Shown: positions 46,727 to 56,465, numbered from the stretch's first letter. The stretch: 64,000 bases of DNA from an uncultured Thermoprotei archaeon (GCA_965367815.1 CBDUKN010000001.1:178391-242390), one strand, 5' to 3'. Program-made: numbers and translations. Notes: generated by a model not told the origin, from the sequence alone.

Positions 46727-47969
46727 AGTTCAGTATCCTGATTCTATACATGTAGAGAGGACTTCTTATGATTAAGTCGCCTTTATCTCCTCTTTCACCG
46801 TACCTCGCCATAAATAGCACTATGTCCCCTGTTTTTCTGTCTTGATAGCAGCGGAAGTTAGATAACTGGACCATAGGAGAGTCTTCGGGTCTCTTAGTGT
46901 CAATAATTGCTACAGTTTTCTTCATGACCACTAATTTCTCCTCATCTATTTCAGCTATGCATAGAGGATATCTAGGTCTATTTCCGACAGGATTTTTGTC
47001 AACAATATTGGCTATCCAGTATACTTTGCCCGTTTTAATGCTTCGAAAGAGAAGTGAGCAGGAAGAAGGAGAGTATAAAGAAGAGCTGTCATCATATTTG
47101 AGAGGCTTCGGCGGGGTCCAAGTGTAGCCGCCGTCTTCTGAGATACTGTACCACTTGTAGCCTGGCTTCTCGGGAAAAGCACCATTATCTCCACGCATTA
47201 CTGCGAAAAGCCGGCCGTCTTCCAGCTCGACGACTGTTGGTTCGCAAAGCCTACATGATACGTGAGGATCTATGGTTATTTTCTCGCTTATTTCCCACAC
47301 TATTTCTCCACGCTTCCATTCTCCTATAAGGAATGCTGATTCGTAGAATGGGCTGAAGTAGTGTGGAAACGGGAACCAGATATTTCCTTTCTCGTCTACG
47401 GCTTTGAGCTGACACGGTACAAGAATTTTTCCTTGCCTAGTTTTAATGGGTCTTGAACAAGAAACAGCTAAAGAGCCTCGCGGGACTCCGGGAAAAACAT
47501 ATTTGTCATCGGCAATACCGCAGGCCTTTACTTTTCTTTCTGGACTCCACTCAAAAGTACTTTTGTCTAGTATGCGCCAGTATACTTGCCATAGAGCTTT
47601 GGTGGGAACATCTTCGGGATAAAATCCTCTATTATAGAGCATGAGTAATACATCTTTTTCTTTGTCGAGAAAGTAGGTTAAACCCGAGTACCTGTAAACA
47701 CCCTTTTCTCTCTTTTTAGCTGAGAAAAGGTAGCGAGTTTTAGTCCAGGTTTTGCCGTTATCGTAGCTGAAGACTTCACGCCACTTATCGTAGCGGTCGC
47801 TCCCAACTATGACGCCATACGATAGAACGAGAATATCGCGGTCTCTGTGCACATAACATACGTCGCCTACAACAATACCTCCTTCAGGTTCCTCGGGTAT
47901 AAGAATTTTCCTAGAAACTTTTACTCTCACGCAGTAGTTTATTAAAGTCATCGATATAAAACACTTCAC
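46719..47969 (-). CDS. Sialidase-like BNR/Asp-box beta-propeller (true start probably slightly downstream)
   Basis: Asp boxes SYDNGKTW and SEDGGYTW, CEPTVVEL.DGRL..VMRG, PRYPL.IAEID, QLSNF. Confidence 0.8.
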   Translation of the reverse strand: MKCFISMTLINYCVRVKVSRKILIPEEPEGGIVVGDVCYVHRDRDILVLSYGVIVGSDRYDKWREVFSYDNGKTWTKTRYLFSAKKREKGVYRYSGLTYFLDKEKDVLLMLYNRGFYPEDVPTKALWQVYWRILDKSTFEWSPERKVKACGIADDKYVFPGVPRGSLAVSCSRPIKTRQGKILVPCQLKAVDEKGNIWFPFPHYFSPFYESAFLIGEWKRGEIVWEISEKITIDPHVSCRLCEPTVVELEDGRLFAVMRGDNGAFPEKPGYKWYSISEDGGYTWTPPKPLKYDDSSSLYSPSSCSLLFRSIKTGKVYWIANIVDKNPVGNRPRYPLCIAEIDEEKLVVMKKTVAIIDTKRPEDSPMVQLSNFRCYQDRKTGDIVLFMARYGERGDKGDLIIRSPLYMYRIRILNYD

Positions 47970-48044
47970 TCAAAAACTGTATTCGGGCGACATGCTCGGT
48001 CTTCATTAATATCTAGAAATGTTTATGAGCAGTAGGCTTTAATT

Positions 48045-48911
48045 TTGCATGTGCGAGAAGCAGTTTTATGCTTAACTGTTTTTGTAGTTCTCGTAAGCTT
48101 AGCTTATGCTGAACCCAATGTTGTTAAAGTACTTGAAGTACCTTACATTAATCAGAAATACGATGTACCGGAATGGTTTGATGGAAGGTATTCATGTGGA
48201 CCTACGTGTGTCGCAATGGTTCTCGCATACTATGGTGTTTTACCGCCCTGGCCTCTTAACTGCAGTAAGCCTTTTCCTCATGAAAGCCTCTACGGCAAGT
48301 ACATTGTTTGTAAATTTAAGGTAGGAGACTTTGTTTTTGATGAACGTCAGCCAGATGCCTCGAGAATGCACTACGGCTACGGTATACACGGCTACGTCTA
48401 TGAACCAGGGGTAGGAGCAGTGTGGAGCAAGATAGTAGAATTGTTCAAACTATTCGGTTTTGAAGCCTATGTTGATACCACGCCTATGTGGGAAGAGCTT
48501 GTAGCCGAAATAAACGCCGGCCGCCCCGTTATATTGGGCACTGAGATTACGAGCAGCGGGCATCTTGTAGTAGCAGTAGGGTATACAAGTGATAAAGGCG
48601 TAGTAGTAAACGATCCAGCTGGAGACAAGAGTTTAGGCTACTTTAACTACAATGGAGCTAAAGTAATCTACGACTGGCCGGGCGTAAACAACGGTAGAGT
48701 CAACTTAAAGAAAATAAAGGTCTTTATTACAGTAAGGCCTACTAAGCATTTAAAGAAGGCAGAGCCAATTGAGCCTTGTAAGCCAGAAGGACTGGAAAAC
48801 TACATGCCAGTGTACATTTTTCTAGCAGTTTCGCTAGTAATTTCAATTATAGTAGGCTTAATTGTAATTAAAAAAGAGTACTCTAAAATATATTCACAAA
48901 ATAAGCAATAG
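48045..48911 (+). CDS. Secreted, C-terminally anchored C39-like cysteine peptidase
   Basis: Signal peptide (..SLAYA|EP), VPYINQ, SCGPTCVAMVLAYY, GHLVVAVGY, VNDP, C-terminal TM followed by basic residues. Confidence 0.82.
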   Translation: MHVREAVLCLTVFVVLVSLAYAEPNVVKVLEVPYINQKYDVPEWFDGRYSCGPTCVAMVLAYYGVLPPWPLNCSKPFPHESLYGKYIVCKFKVGDFVFDERQPDASRMHYGYGIHGYVYEPGVGAVWSKIVELFKLFGFEAYVDTTPMWEELVAEINAGRPVILGTEITSSGHLVVAVGYTSDKGVVVNDPAGDKSLGYFNYNGAKVIYDWPGVNNGRVNLKKIKVFITVRPTKHLKKAEPIEPCKPEGLENYMPVYIFLAVSLVISIIVGLIVIKKEYSKIYSQNKQ

Positions 48912-49061
48912 CATAAAAATAGCATATATATTGCATAATTATAGACAAACTATATTCTGTAGAAGTGAATGCAAGTTTTCGAATAATATTAGCTGATATT
49001 AAATCAGAAAGCTAAGCCACTAGCTACCTTAATATATTTGACAGAACAATTTTATGTGAGA

Positions 49062-49394
49062 ATGAGTAGTGCTGCCGAAATAGTTGAAATGTTTCGTAAA
49101 GATAAGGCTGCTAGAAAAGAGCTAGTAGAACTTCCTGTAGCAGAGCCTGATCTACGTCTTATCATAGTCGAGGCGGCTTTACGTGAAGTAGCGACCAAAC
49201 AAGACTTAAAAGAACTCGAAGAGAGACTGAAAAATGAGCTCGACTATAAGATAAGTGCTTTAAGAAGCGAGCTTAAAGCGGATATTGTTGGTCTCTTAAG
49301 AGAATTAGATAAACTATACAAAATAATGATGACTACACTAATAGGAATAATGATAACACTAGCAACAACAATAATAACAAAAATAATACCATAA
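49062..49394 (+). CDS. paREP-like coiled-coil protein with C-terminal TM (start likely ATG 49062)
   Basis: EPDLRLII.EA.LREVATKQDL motif, heptad coil, hydrophobic C-terminus. Confidence 0.6.
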   Translation: MSSAAEIVEMFRKDKAARKELVELPVAEPDLRLIIVEAALREVATKQDLKELEERLKNELDYKISALRSELKADIVGLLRELDKLYKIMMTTLIGIMITLATTIITKIIP

Positions 49395-49504
49395 ATGACA
49401 TACTATTAAAGAAAATAAATGTAAATAAACTAACTTAAAGGTGATACAATATTTTAGTAAAAGTCTTCAAGAAGAGGTTCGGAAAACCTTAATATAATTT
49501 TATA

Positions 49505-49521
49505 TATGTGAATTACACATA
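49505..49521. promoter_or_regulatory. Candidate antitoxin operator (TATGTG-N5-CACATA)
   Basis: Inverted repeat between the AT-rich TATA region and the antitoxin ATG at 49530. Confidence 0.5.
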
Positions 49522-49529
49522 GTGCACAG

Positions 49530-49823
49530 ATGGCAAATATTACACTTAGAATACCAGATGAACTATATGAGTTAATGAAGGAGTTCAAGGAAGTAAATTG
49601 GTCTGAAATAGCTAGAAGAGCTATTCTGCGTGAATTGCTTAAATTAAAGGCTAGGAAAAGAGGATTAACGAGAAAAGAGGTTTTGATGTATATGTCGCTT
49701 ATAGGAATGAGTACAGAAATAAAAGCCTATAGCTATGATAAGGAAATAGAGTTATTGAATAAAATAAAGGAACGAGAAAAGTATAGATTGATGCTATTAA
49801 GCGAGTTAGAGAAAGGTAAGTAG
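49530..49823 (+). CDS. vapB: VapB-type RHH antitoxin
   Basis: MANITLRIPDELY..MK.F.EVNWSEIARRAI; directly upstream of a PIN gene. Confidence 0.85.
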   Translation: MANITLRIPDELYELMKEFKEVNWSEIARRAILRELLKLKARKRGLTRKEVLMYMSLIGMSTEIKAYSYDKEIELLNKIKEREKYRLMLLSELEKGK

Positions 49824-49825
49824 TT

Positions 49826-50155
49826 ATGATATTAGATACTTCTGTTGCAATAGAGAAAATAAGAAATAATGAGGATATATATGAGAACATAACTTCTATA
49901 ACTTTAAACGAGTATCCTCCAATACTTTACTATGAAAAGTTTCATGGAACAGTAATATTTGCTGACGAAAATGATCAATTGCTAGCTGCTGTACTTCAAG
50001 AGAAATTAAGGAGAATAGGAGCTCCTAAGAGTGTAGGAGACTTAGTAATAGCCGCTATTTGCATAAATAGAGCAGAGGAGCTAGTGACAAAGGATAAAGG
50101 ATTTATTGAAATAAAGAAAATAGAGCCCAGATTAAGAGTAATATTTCTTGAATGA
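49826..50155 (+). CDS. vapC: VapC PIN-domain toxin
   Basis: ILDTS, ITLNEY, GDLVIAA, LVTKD.GF. Confidence 0.85.
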   Translation: MILDTSVAIEKIRNNEDIYENITSITLNEYPPILYYEKFHGTVIFADENDQLLAAVLQEKLRRIGAPKSVGDLVIAAICINRAEELVTKDKGFIEIKKIEPRLRVIFLE

Positions 50156-50885
50156 TTTTAAGAGCAATTTGAATAAAACTATGTTCAACGAAATATATGC
50201 TTATCTAAAGAAATGGGATTTAAATAAAGTAGACTTGTTGTCGAGAAAAATAGCTGAAAAAACATACTTAGATAAGATATCGAGGCTATCTGAAGGCGAA
50301 ATATATTCTCTGATAGATGGGATAACAGGAGGACTAGGCTACCGCAAAGGAGACTTTAATGTCATGAGAATGGGGTACTGTGGCTCACTAATAGCTTGGC
50401 CTGAAGCAATACCAGAAGGAGGGAAAGTCCTAGAAATAGGAACTGGACTAGGGAGAACGTGTTACGCGGCAGTAGAATGGGCAAAACCATCACTTTTCTT
50501 GACACTTGATAATTCGCCAGAAATACTGGCAATAGCACTCTACAGAAACCCTGTTAAAGCATTCTCTGAAGCTCTTAAACGAAGTATAGTTAAAATAGCT
50601 TTAGTAGATGCAGTTAAAGCAGTAAACATTATTTCAGAAAAATTCGACCACATCATACATGATGGAGGACCAAACCCCGGGAAAAACCCTAGACTGTATT
50701 CAAAAGAATTTATCGAAAAATTATTACAGCTACTGAAACCCGGTGGAACACTGTCAATTTTTGCTGGCCGGAATAAAAAGTGGCAAAATAAGATATACTT
50801 TGTGTTAAAATCCTTAGGCTTTACTATAGAAACAGTTTCTTTCCCAGAGACACCTACTTTAGTTTTTCATGCTCTAATGAAGTAA
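50148..50885 (+). CDS. Class I SAM-dependent methyltransferase
   Basis: VLEIGTGLG, DAV, FDHIIHD, LYS.EF...L..LLKPGG. Confidence 0.8.
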   Translation: MNDFKSNLNKTMFNEIYAYLKKWDLNKVDLLSRKIAEKTYLDKISRLSEGEIYSLIDGITGGLGYRKGDFNVMRMGYCGSLIAWPEAIPEGGKVLEIGTGLGRTCYAAVEWAKPSLFLTLDNSPEILAIALYRNPVKAFSEALKRSIVKIALVDAVKAVNIISEKFDHIIHDGGPNPGKNPRLYSKEFIEKLLQLLKPGGTLSIFAGRNKKWQNKIYFVLKSLGFTIETVSFPETPTLVFHALMK

Positions 50886-50887
50886 AA

Positions 50888-51310
50888 TTATTCGTTGTGT
50901 TTACTGTATATAGTTGTTAGTTGTTCTGGTCCATTAAGTCTAATATCAAGGTCATTTAATATGTCTCTACCCAATATAGGGTACTTTATCGTATGTGATG
51001 AGTACACGCAAACTAATTTTCTGTAGATTTTAGGGATCTCTATGTAAGCTTTAGCCTTTTTAAGCTTTGAATAAAACCCTATGCTTGTGACTACGTAAGC
51101 TGGTTCAAGCGATTCGATTATAGAAAGTCCTATTTTTTCGTAAATAAATATGGGTACGATAATAGTTCCTGAGAAACCTGTATCTAGTAATGCTTCTAAG
51201 CTGATTTTTCTTTTAGTAACAGGATTCTCTAATTCTAGTTCTACTACTGGAGCAGGGGGAGTAAAGTCTTTTGAGTACTTAATCTGATATAAGTTCAAAA
51301 CTTCCTCCAC
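50888..51310 (-). CDS. Clan AA (retropepsin-like) aspartic protease
   Basis: PPAPVV, ALLDTGF, ILGRD.LN, L.GP. Confidence 0.85.
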   Translation of the reverse strand: MEEVLNLYQIKYSKDFTPPAPVVELELENPVTKRKISLEALLDTGFSGTIIVPIFIYEKIGLSIIESLEPAYVVTSIGFYSKLKKAKAYIEIPKIYRKLVCVYSSHTIKYPILGRDILNDLDIRLNGPEQLTTIYSKHNE

Positions 51311-51659
51311 CCCATTCTAAAACTTCTTTTTCTTCGCCTATTTCTGTTAAAATTGCTTTTCGTACTCCTTCATTCCATAGTTTTCTCAAGACTATTATAG
51401 CTTCATCAAGTGTATCATATACTCCCATAACTTTTCCTTTAGCTACGACTAGATACTTACCTTTTAAATGCTTATTTTTCTCAATAAATGCCCTAGCAAC
51501 TCTTCTGTTTTCTTCTTGTTCGTCAAAAAAGTCTTCTACCCATGCCTTTAACGCCATATTCACAGCATCTGATACACGAATGCCTAGTAGGGAAGCTTTA
51601 GCTTTTACTTTACGGTAAATTTCTTCATCAACACCTTTTACAACTATATTTTTCTTCAC
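51279..51659 (-). CDS. RHH + DUF5678-like protein (start likely GTG 51659)
   Basis: IVVKGVDEE.YRK.KA.A...G..V..AVN.AL..W RHH-like part; GKYLVV..GKV.G.YD..DEA DUF5678-like part; overlaps the protease gene. Confidence 0.7.
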   Translation of the reverse strand: MKKNIVVKGVDEEIYRKVKAKASLLGIRVSDAVNMALKAWVEDFFDEQEENRRVARAFIEKNKHLKGKYLVVAKGKVMGVYDTLDEAIIVLRKLWNEGVRKAILTEIGEEKEVLEWGGGSFELISD

Positions 51660-52013
51660 AGGTAGAAAAGTATAACTAAGCATAAAAGTTTTCCTTTCTA
51701 CTTCGCCGTGCATACGAGGCTATTTGTCTTGAGTGAGTAGGGTTAGGTTACTTGACCTCACTCATGTAGGTGGGCTAGTGTTGGTGAGTACCCCGGATCT
51801 CACTCCAATATATTGAAGCATTAAACAAATATACATAATATATTAAAGCATACATATAAATGAATATCAGATAATAATTTTATTTTATAGAAAAACAGAA
51901 TACAGCAAGTGCTTTGATTACGAGAATAGTGTTAAAGTAACTTATTGTAATTAATTTGAGTTAATAGCTTATTTACATGCAAATTTGACTTAAAAATAGT
52001 TAGGTAAGTGCAA

Positions 52014-52764
52014 TTAAGTTACTATATATCTTATAAACTCTCTTTCATCTGAGTATACTACTATTTCTTTTTTAAGAAAAGTACCTGCGTCTATTTCGCT
52101 TGGACTTAGTAGTGATCTGTGAGTGTGACCGTGTATTATTAGGTCTACGCCTCTTTTCTTTCGGTATTCTTCGGCGTTTTGTCTAAAGGCTTCTGTTAAT
52201 TGAGATACTTCTTGGGCTTTACTTTGGTCTCCTTTTTCGAGTGCTCTTATTTTAGAGCCTATTGTTTCTCTACTATTTATATTGACGTTGTTTAGAATAG
52301 GGTCTATTAGCTGTGTCCATAGAGGTCTAAGCATTTTATTTAACTGTTCTAAGTGTGTTCCAAAAGCTAGCCAAGACTTGTAGACTAAGGGGTTCATTCG
52401 GAGAAGCGGGTCGAATTGATGGCCATGAACGTAGAGAGTTTTCGTTTTCCAGTCATAGTATTCTATTAAGTAGAGGGCGTCGATATCTAAGTCTGCTAAA
52501 GACTCCCATATTTGTCAGTCGTGGTTTCCTACGATATAAAAGAGTTTAGCTGACTGAGCGTATTCTCTCATAAGACTTATTTCCTCCTTATATTTTTCGA
52601 GAATTTCGTTAATTGGGCAAATCCAGAAATCGAATATGTTTCCTAAGAGAAATATTTTATCGAATTCTAGTCCCTTCGTGGTAGAAAAAGTCTAGGAAGA
52701 TTTTTCTAACTGAGTCGTAGTCTGGAGTCTTTATATGTATGTCTGATATTACGAGGTATTTCAG
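52014..52764 (-). pseudogene. LpxH-like metallophosphoesterase pseudogene
   Basis: Manual translation: YLVISDIH, frameshift near 52670-52690, LLGNIFDFW, GNHD then in-frame TGA (52515-52517), HGHQFD, continuing into ORF 52014-52397 with HGHTH. Confidence 0.8.
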
Positions 52765-52821
52765 GGGGGCGACACACCTCTTGAACTAGTGTTTACTATA
52801 AATGAAATAAAGTTTACTTAA

Positions 52822-54051
52822 TTAGTTTCTTTTAACACATATTTGAACAATAAATTCTGCTACAAGGTCTATGTCTTTGAGGTATACGAACTCGTTTTCT
52901 CCGTGGAGATTGTTGTTTGGTCTATGTGTGCCGAAGCCTACACAGGGTATTCCTTTATTGAAGAAGTGTGTTCCATCGTTTCCGCCGAGCTGAGCAATAG
53001 TGCCTAGCTTAAAGTCTATGCCATAGACTCTCCTATATGCTTCTTCGGCGGAGAACAGAGCTTCAGCTACAAGATTTTTGTCTGTAGCATACCAGCCATT
53101 TCTGCAACAAGTTATTTCGAGTTCTGCTGTAATGCCTGTCTCAGACACAACTTCATTAAATACTTTCTTCAGCTCTTCTACAGCATTCTCAGGCTTTTCT
53201 TCAGGTATAAGCCTTATATCAAAGCCTGCTAGAACCTCGCCCGGAATTCTATTTAATTTCTCGGGTTCTCTAGGCCCTAACTTAACTACTGTCACATTGA
53301 ATCTACCCCATGTTTTAGGCTTAGGAGAGTCTCGTGGAGCATTATACTGCGAAATTTTTCTTTCTCTCAGTGGCTTGTACTTGGAAATGAACTTATGTAG
53401 AAACTTGATAGCTTTTTCCACAGCATTATCTGCTCTATGAGGATAGCCTGCATGTCCAGCTTTTCCTTTAACTTTAATCCATCCGTGAATAATTCCGCTG
53501 GCTGCTACAACGATATTATCGGCATCTGAGTCTAATATGACGGCTTTATCGAAAGACATTTTCTTTAAAAGAAGCTCTACACCAGTACCCCCTACTTCCT
53601 CGTCTCCTGTAATGACCATAAAGGGCCTGTACTTTAGTTTCTCTTTCATTTTAACTAATTTACTTAAAGCAATTATTGAAGACACTATAGCTGATTTGTC
53701 GTCTGAAGCACCTCTTCCATAGATACGGTCTTCGAGTACAAGAGGCTTGTATGGGTCTACTTCTTCTCCATCAATTATCCACGGGCCTTTAGCTGGAACA
53801 ACATCGTAATGACTGACAAAAGCTACCGAGGGAGCATCAATATCTATTGAGGCAATAACAGCAGGGACTTTTTCTCCGCTACTTGTTCTTAAGTCTAAGA
53901 TTTCTACATATACTCCACTTATTTTATTGAAGAAATCGGCTATTACTTCAACTATTTTCTCATAATTTTCTCGAACTATTTTCCCTTCTTCAACGCGAAC
54001 TTCGCTCGGAATAGAAACAAGCTTTCTAAGAATTTTTGTGGAATCGAGCAC
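52822..54051 (-). CDS. M20 family metallopeptidase (ArgE/DapE-like)
   Basis: SHYDVVP, YGRGASDDKS, DEEVGG, GGNDG, HGENE. Confidence 0.9.
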   Translation of the reverse strand: MLDSTKILRKLVSIPSEVRVEEGKIVRENYEKIVEVIADFFNKISGVYVEILDLRTSSGEKVPAVIASIDIDAPSVAFVSHYDVVPAKGPWIIDGEEVDPYKPLVLEDRIYGRGASDDKSAIVSSIIALSKLVKMKEKLKYRPFMVITGDEEVGGTGVELLLKKMSFDKAVILDSDADNIVVAASGIIHGWIKVKGKAGHAGYPHRADNAVEKAIKFLHKFISKYKPLRERKISQYNAPRDSPKPKTWGRFNVTVVKLGPREPEKLNRIPGEVLAGFDIRLIPEEKPENAVEELKKVFNEVVSETGITAELEITCCRNGWYATDKNLVAEALFSAEEAYRRVYGIDFKLGTIAQLGGNDGTHFFNKGIPCVGFGTHRPNNNLHGENEFVYLKDIDLVAEFIVQICVKRN

Positions 54052-54198
54052 GCTTTCTAAGTGAACCGGAGATATATTAATTTATCAAGGTATGCGCCTA
54101 ATTTCCGGTTAAGTTTAGGGAGAGATTTACTTATTGATAAAACTTATATAATGGTTAGCCTCTATATCGATGTAAGCCTAACCAGAAGAGGTGGTTAG

Positions 54199-54906
54199 AT
54201 GGAGTTGCCACCTATGATTAGTAGGATAGGAGGACTAGCTGTAAGACCTAAAGAGACTCTGAGCATTATTGTTCAAGAGAGAAGAAGTACTCTCAGTGCA
54301 CTGCTAGTAGTGGCGCTAGTCTATTTAGTCAGAGGCTTAATGCTGTCAGCGTTCATAGTAATGTTAGCAAAATGGGTGTTAAGCTTCGCTGAAGCTTTTT
54401 CTTCAGTAGGCCTTCCCCTAATAGTCTACGGCTTACTTAATGTAGCGTGGATATCTGTAGTCTCACTAGATGTTCTCAAAGGCATTGCTGTGTGGATAAT
54501 ATGGAGTCTTGGTATATACCTATTTAGCAGAGTTCTTGAAGGAGGAGGCGGCTTAGAAGATACTCTTGTAGTTGTAGGCTACTCTACAATAACAAGTGTT
54601 CTCATTGTAGCAGGAGGAATGGTAATGCTAGTTAAGCCATTTTTAGGGCTAGTAGCTGTCCTAGTACTCTACATAATTGCGAAAATATGGCAAATATATC
54701 TCATTACTCTTGGAGTAGCTGAAGTACATGGACTTTCTTTAGGAAAAGCATTCATGGCTGTAGTGCTGCCCATAGTAATTGTACTAGCGTTAATAGGTAT
54801 TTTTGCAGCAGCAACCATGATTTTTGCCATTAAGGGTGTAACTATATCGTCATTAGTGAGCATGTTTTCTCCATTCTCTTTATTCACATGCGGGTGGTGG
54901 TTATGA
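54199..54906 (+). CDS. Yip1-domain membrane protein
   Basis: RPKET, about 5 TM helices, GG.G..E.TL...GYS, G+.EVHGLS.GKA. Confidence 0.8.
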   Translation: MELPPMISRIGGLAVRPKETLSIIVQERRSTLSALLVVALVYLVRGLMLSAFIVMLAKWVLSFAEAFSSVGLPLIVYGLLNVAWISVVSLDVLKGIAVWIIWSLGIYLFSRVLEGGGGLEDTLVVVGYSTITSVLIVAGGMVMLVKPFLGLVAVLVLYIIAKIWQIYLITLGVAEVHGLSLGKAFMAVVLPIVIVLALIGIFAAATMIFAIKGVTISSLVSMFSPFSLFTCGWWL

Positions 54907-55784
54907 GGAGGGAGGAAGTAGTAGGTTTAATTATAATAGCAATATTTGTTGCTGGCGCAGTGGAGGCAATAGTACTCCCACACGTATACACTCCACAGCC
55001 ACTTGAGTTTCTGCACAAAATACTGCCTTCAAAGTATTGGAGCCCAGAAGTATTCGAGCTGAAGTTCAAGAACTTAGTGCTAGTTAAAAACTATCATAAG
55101 ACTGTAGAGGACTTGCCTAAAGTAACGAAACTACTAGTAAAAATATATGCTAAGTCTTGTGTAATATATATACATGAAGCAAAAGAAGGTATTTTATACA
55201 ATATCTCAGCATATAGATCTGCACACATATTTGCTTCCGGAACACCAGAGCTTGAGATCACAGAGACAGAGTTAAGCAAAGACACTTATTTAATTGATGT
55301 ATCTGCTCAAAAAGGAGTAATAATAATAGAGGTATCACCAGAGTTAACTAAAGAGCTCGATATTGAAGTGAAATCAGCTGTAGCTGAAATAAAGTTAGCT
55401 TCACCGAGTTTATCGAAGTTAAGTATAGGCATTCACTCTACTACATCGAAAATCTACTTATCACAGCTAAACAATACCAGTATTTCACTAAAGTGTTCTT
55501 CATCGACTTTCTCTGCAGAAATAGCTTACAGCAACTTGACGCTGACTTCACTCGACATAGAAGTTAGATCAAGCACAGGTAAAGTAGGAATAAAGATACC
55601 TGAAAACACTTCAGCGCAAGTGACAGCAAAAGAAGTTCTATCATCTTCAGTGAGAATAGAAGTGCCAGGATGCAGCAAAACACTGACAATGGGATCAACT
55701 ACAGTAGGCAAAGTTACTGATAAAGGTCTTTTAGTTAATATCAAAGTTTATTCAAGCATGTTGACGCTTGCGGTGAGGCAGTGA
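54888..55784 (+). CDS. Membrane-anchored repetitive beta protein (DUF4097/Toastrack-like)
   Basis: N-terminal TM followed by Ser/Thr/Ile-rich L.I...S...+I repeats. Confidence 0.5.
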   Translation: MRVVVMRREEVVGLIIIAIFVAGAVEAIVLPHVYTPQPLEFLHKILPSKYWSPEVFELKFKNLVLVKNYHKTVEDLPKVTKLLVKIYAKSCVIYIHEAKEGILYNISAYRSAHIFASGTPELEITETELSKDTYLIDVSAQKGVIIIEVSPELTKELDIEVKSAVAEIKLASPSLSKLSIGIHSTTSKIYLSQLNNTSISLKCSSSTFSAEIAYSNLTLTSLDIEVRSSTGKVGIKIPENTSAQVTAKEVLSSSVRIEVPGCSKTLTMGSTTVGKVTDKGLLVNIKVYSSMLTLAVRQ

Positions 55785-56443
55785 CGCTCATAATTCCTTG
55801 GAATAGACCATTTAAAGCAAAATTAGCAATAGAGGCACTAAGCAGTCGAACAAGACTAAACATAATAAAAATACTCCTAGGAAACCGCAGAGGACTAACG
55901 GCACAAGAAATATCAAGAAAACTGGGGTTAAGCCTACCTACAACACTAGAACACCTCGAAATCCTAGTCTCCTCAGGAATAGTTCAAAGAGAGTGGAGAG
56001 TTGTAGGCAAAAGAGTACTTAAAGCATATAAGCTAGTAGACTCGCAGATAGACCTAAAAATAGATTTACCCAGCTTCGTCGAAACACCAGAGAAAAAAGA
56101 ACTAGAAGAACTAGCGCACCTCTTCGTAGATAAAGTAAGAGAAACAAGAGAACTAGATACAAGGCCGTCGCTGGAAACTATAGAGAGAACACTCAACATA
56201 GATAGAGCAAAAGCACTCTCAGTACTAGACTACATACTATCTTCAGAGGAAGAAATAGTAGATCACCTTGCTTCACAAGCACGAGCACTCCTAGAAAACA
56301 TTGAAACAATAACTGTAAGAGAACTGTCCAAGAAAATGAAAATACACGAATACTGGGCATATGCAGTAGCTAAAAAGCTAGAAGAACAAGGAGGCTACAT
56401 ACTAGAAGGAAGTGTTCTCAAAAAAATAAAAGAAGAAGAGTAA
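55781..56443 (+). CDS. ArsR-family wHTH regulator with additional C-terminal HTH domains
   Basis: ALSS.TRL.II..L, EIS++LGLS.PT..EHL..L..SGIV; 4-nt overlap with the upstream gene. Confidence 0.8.
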   Translation: MTLIIPWNRPFKAKLAIEALSSRTRLNIIKILLGNRRGLTAQEISRKLGLSLPTTLEHLEILVSSGIVQREWRVVGKRVLKAYKLVDSQIDLKIDLPSFVETPEKKELEELAHLFVDKVRETRELDTRPSLETIERTLNIDRAKALSVLDYILSSEEEIVDHLASQARALLENIETITVRELSKKMKIHEYWAYAVAKKLEEQGGYILEGSVLKKIKEEE

Positions 56444-56465
56444 TTAATTCTTTTTATCCAATAAT

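Noticed and set aside
47983-48006. Possible C/D sRNA on the minus strand (ATGAAGA-CCGAGCATGTCGC-CCGA)
   Set aside because: Only one degenerate C/D pair; no second guide or terminal CTGA.
52515-52517. In-frame TGA as selenocysteine
   Set aside because: Not a Cys-equivalent position, and the gene also has a frameshift and a degenerate motif.
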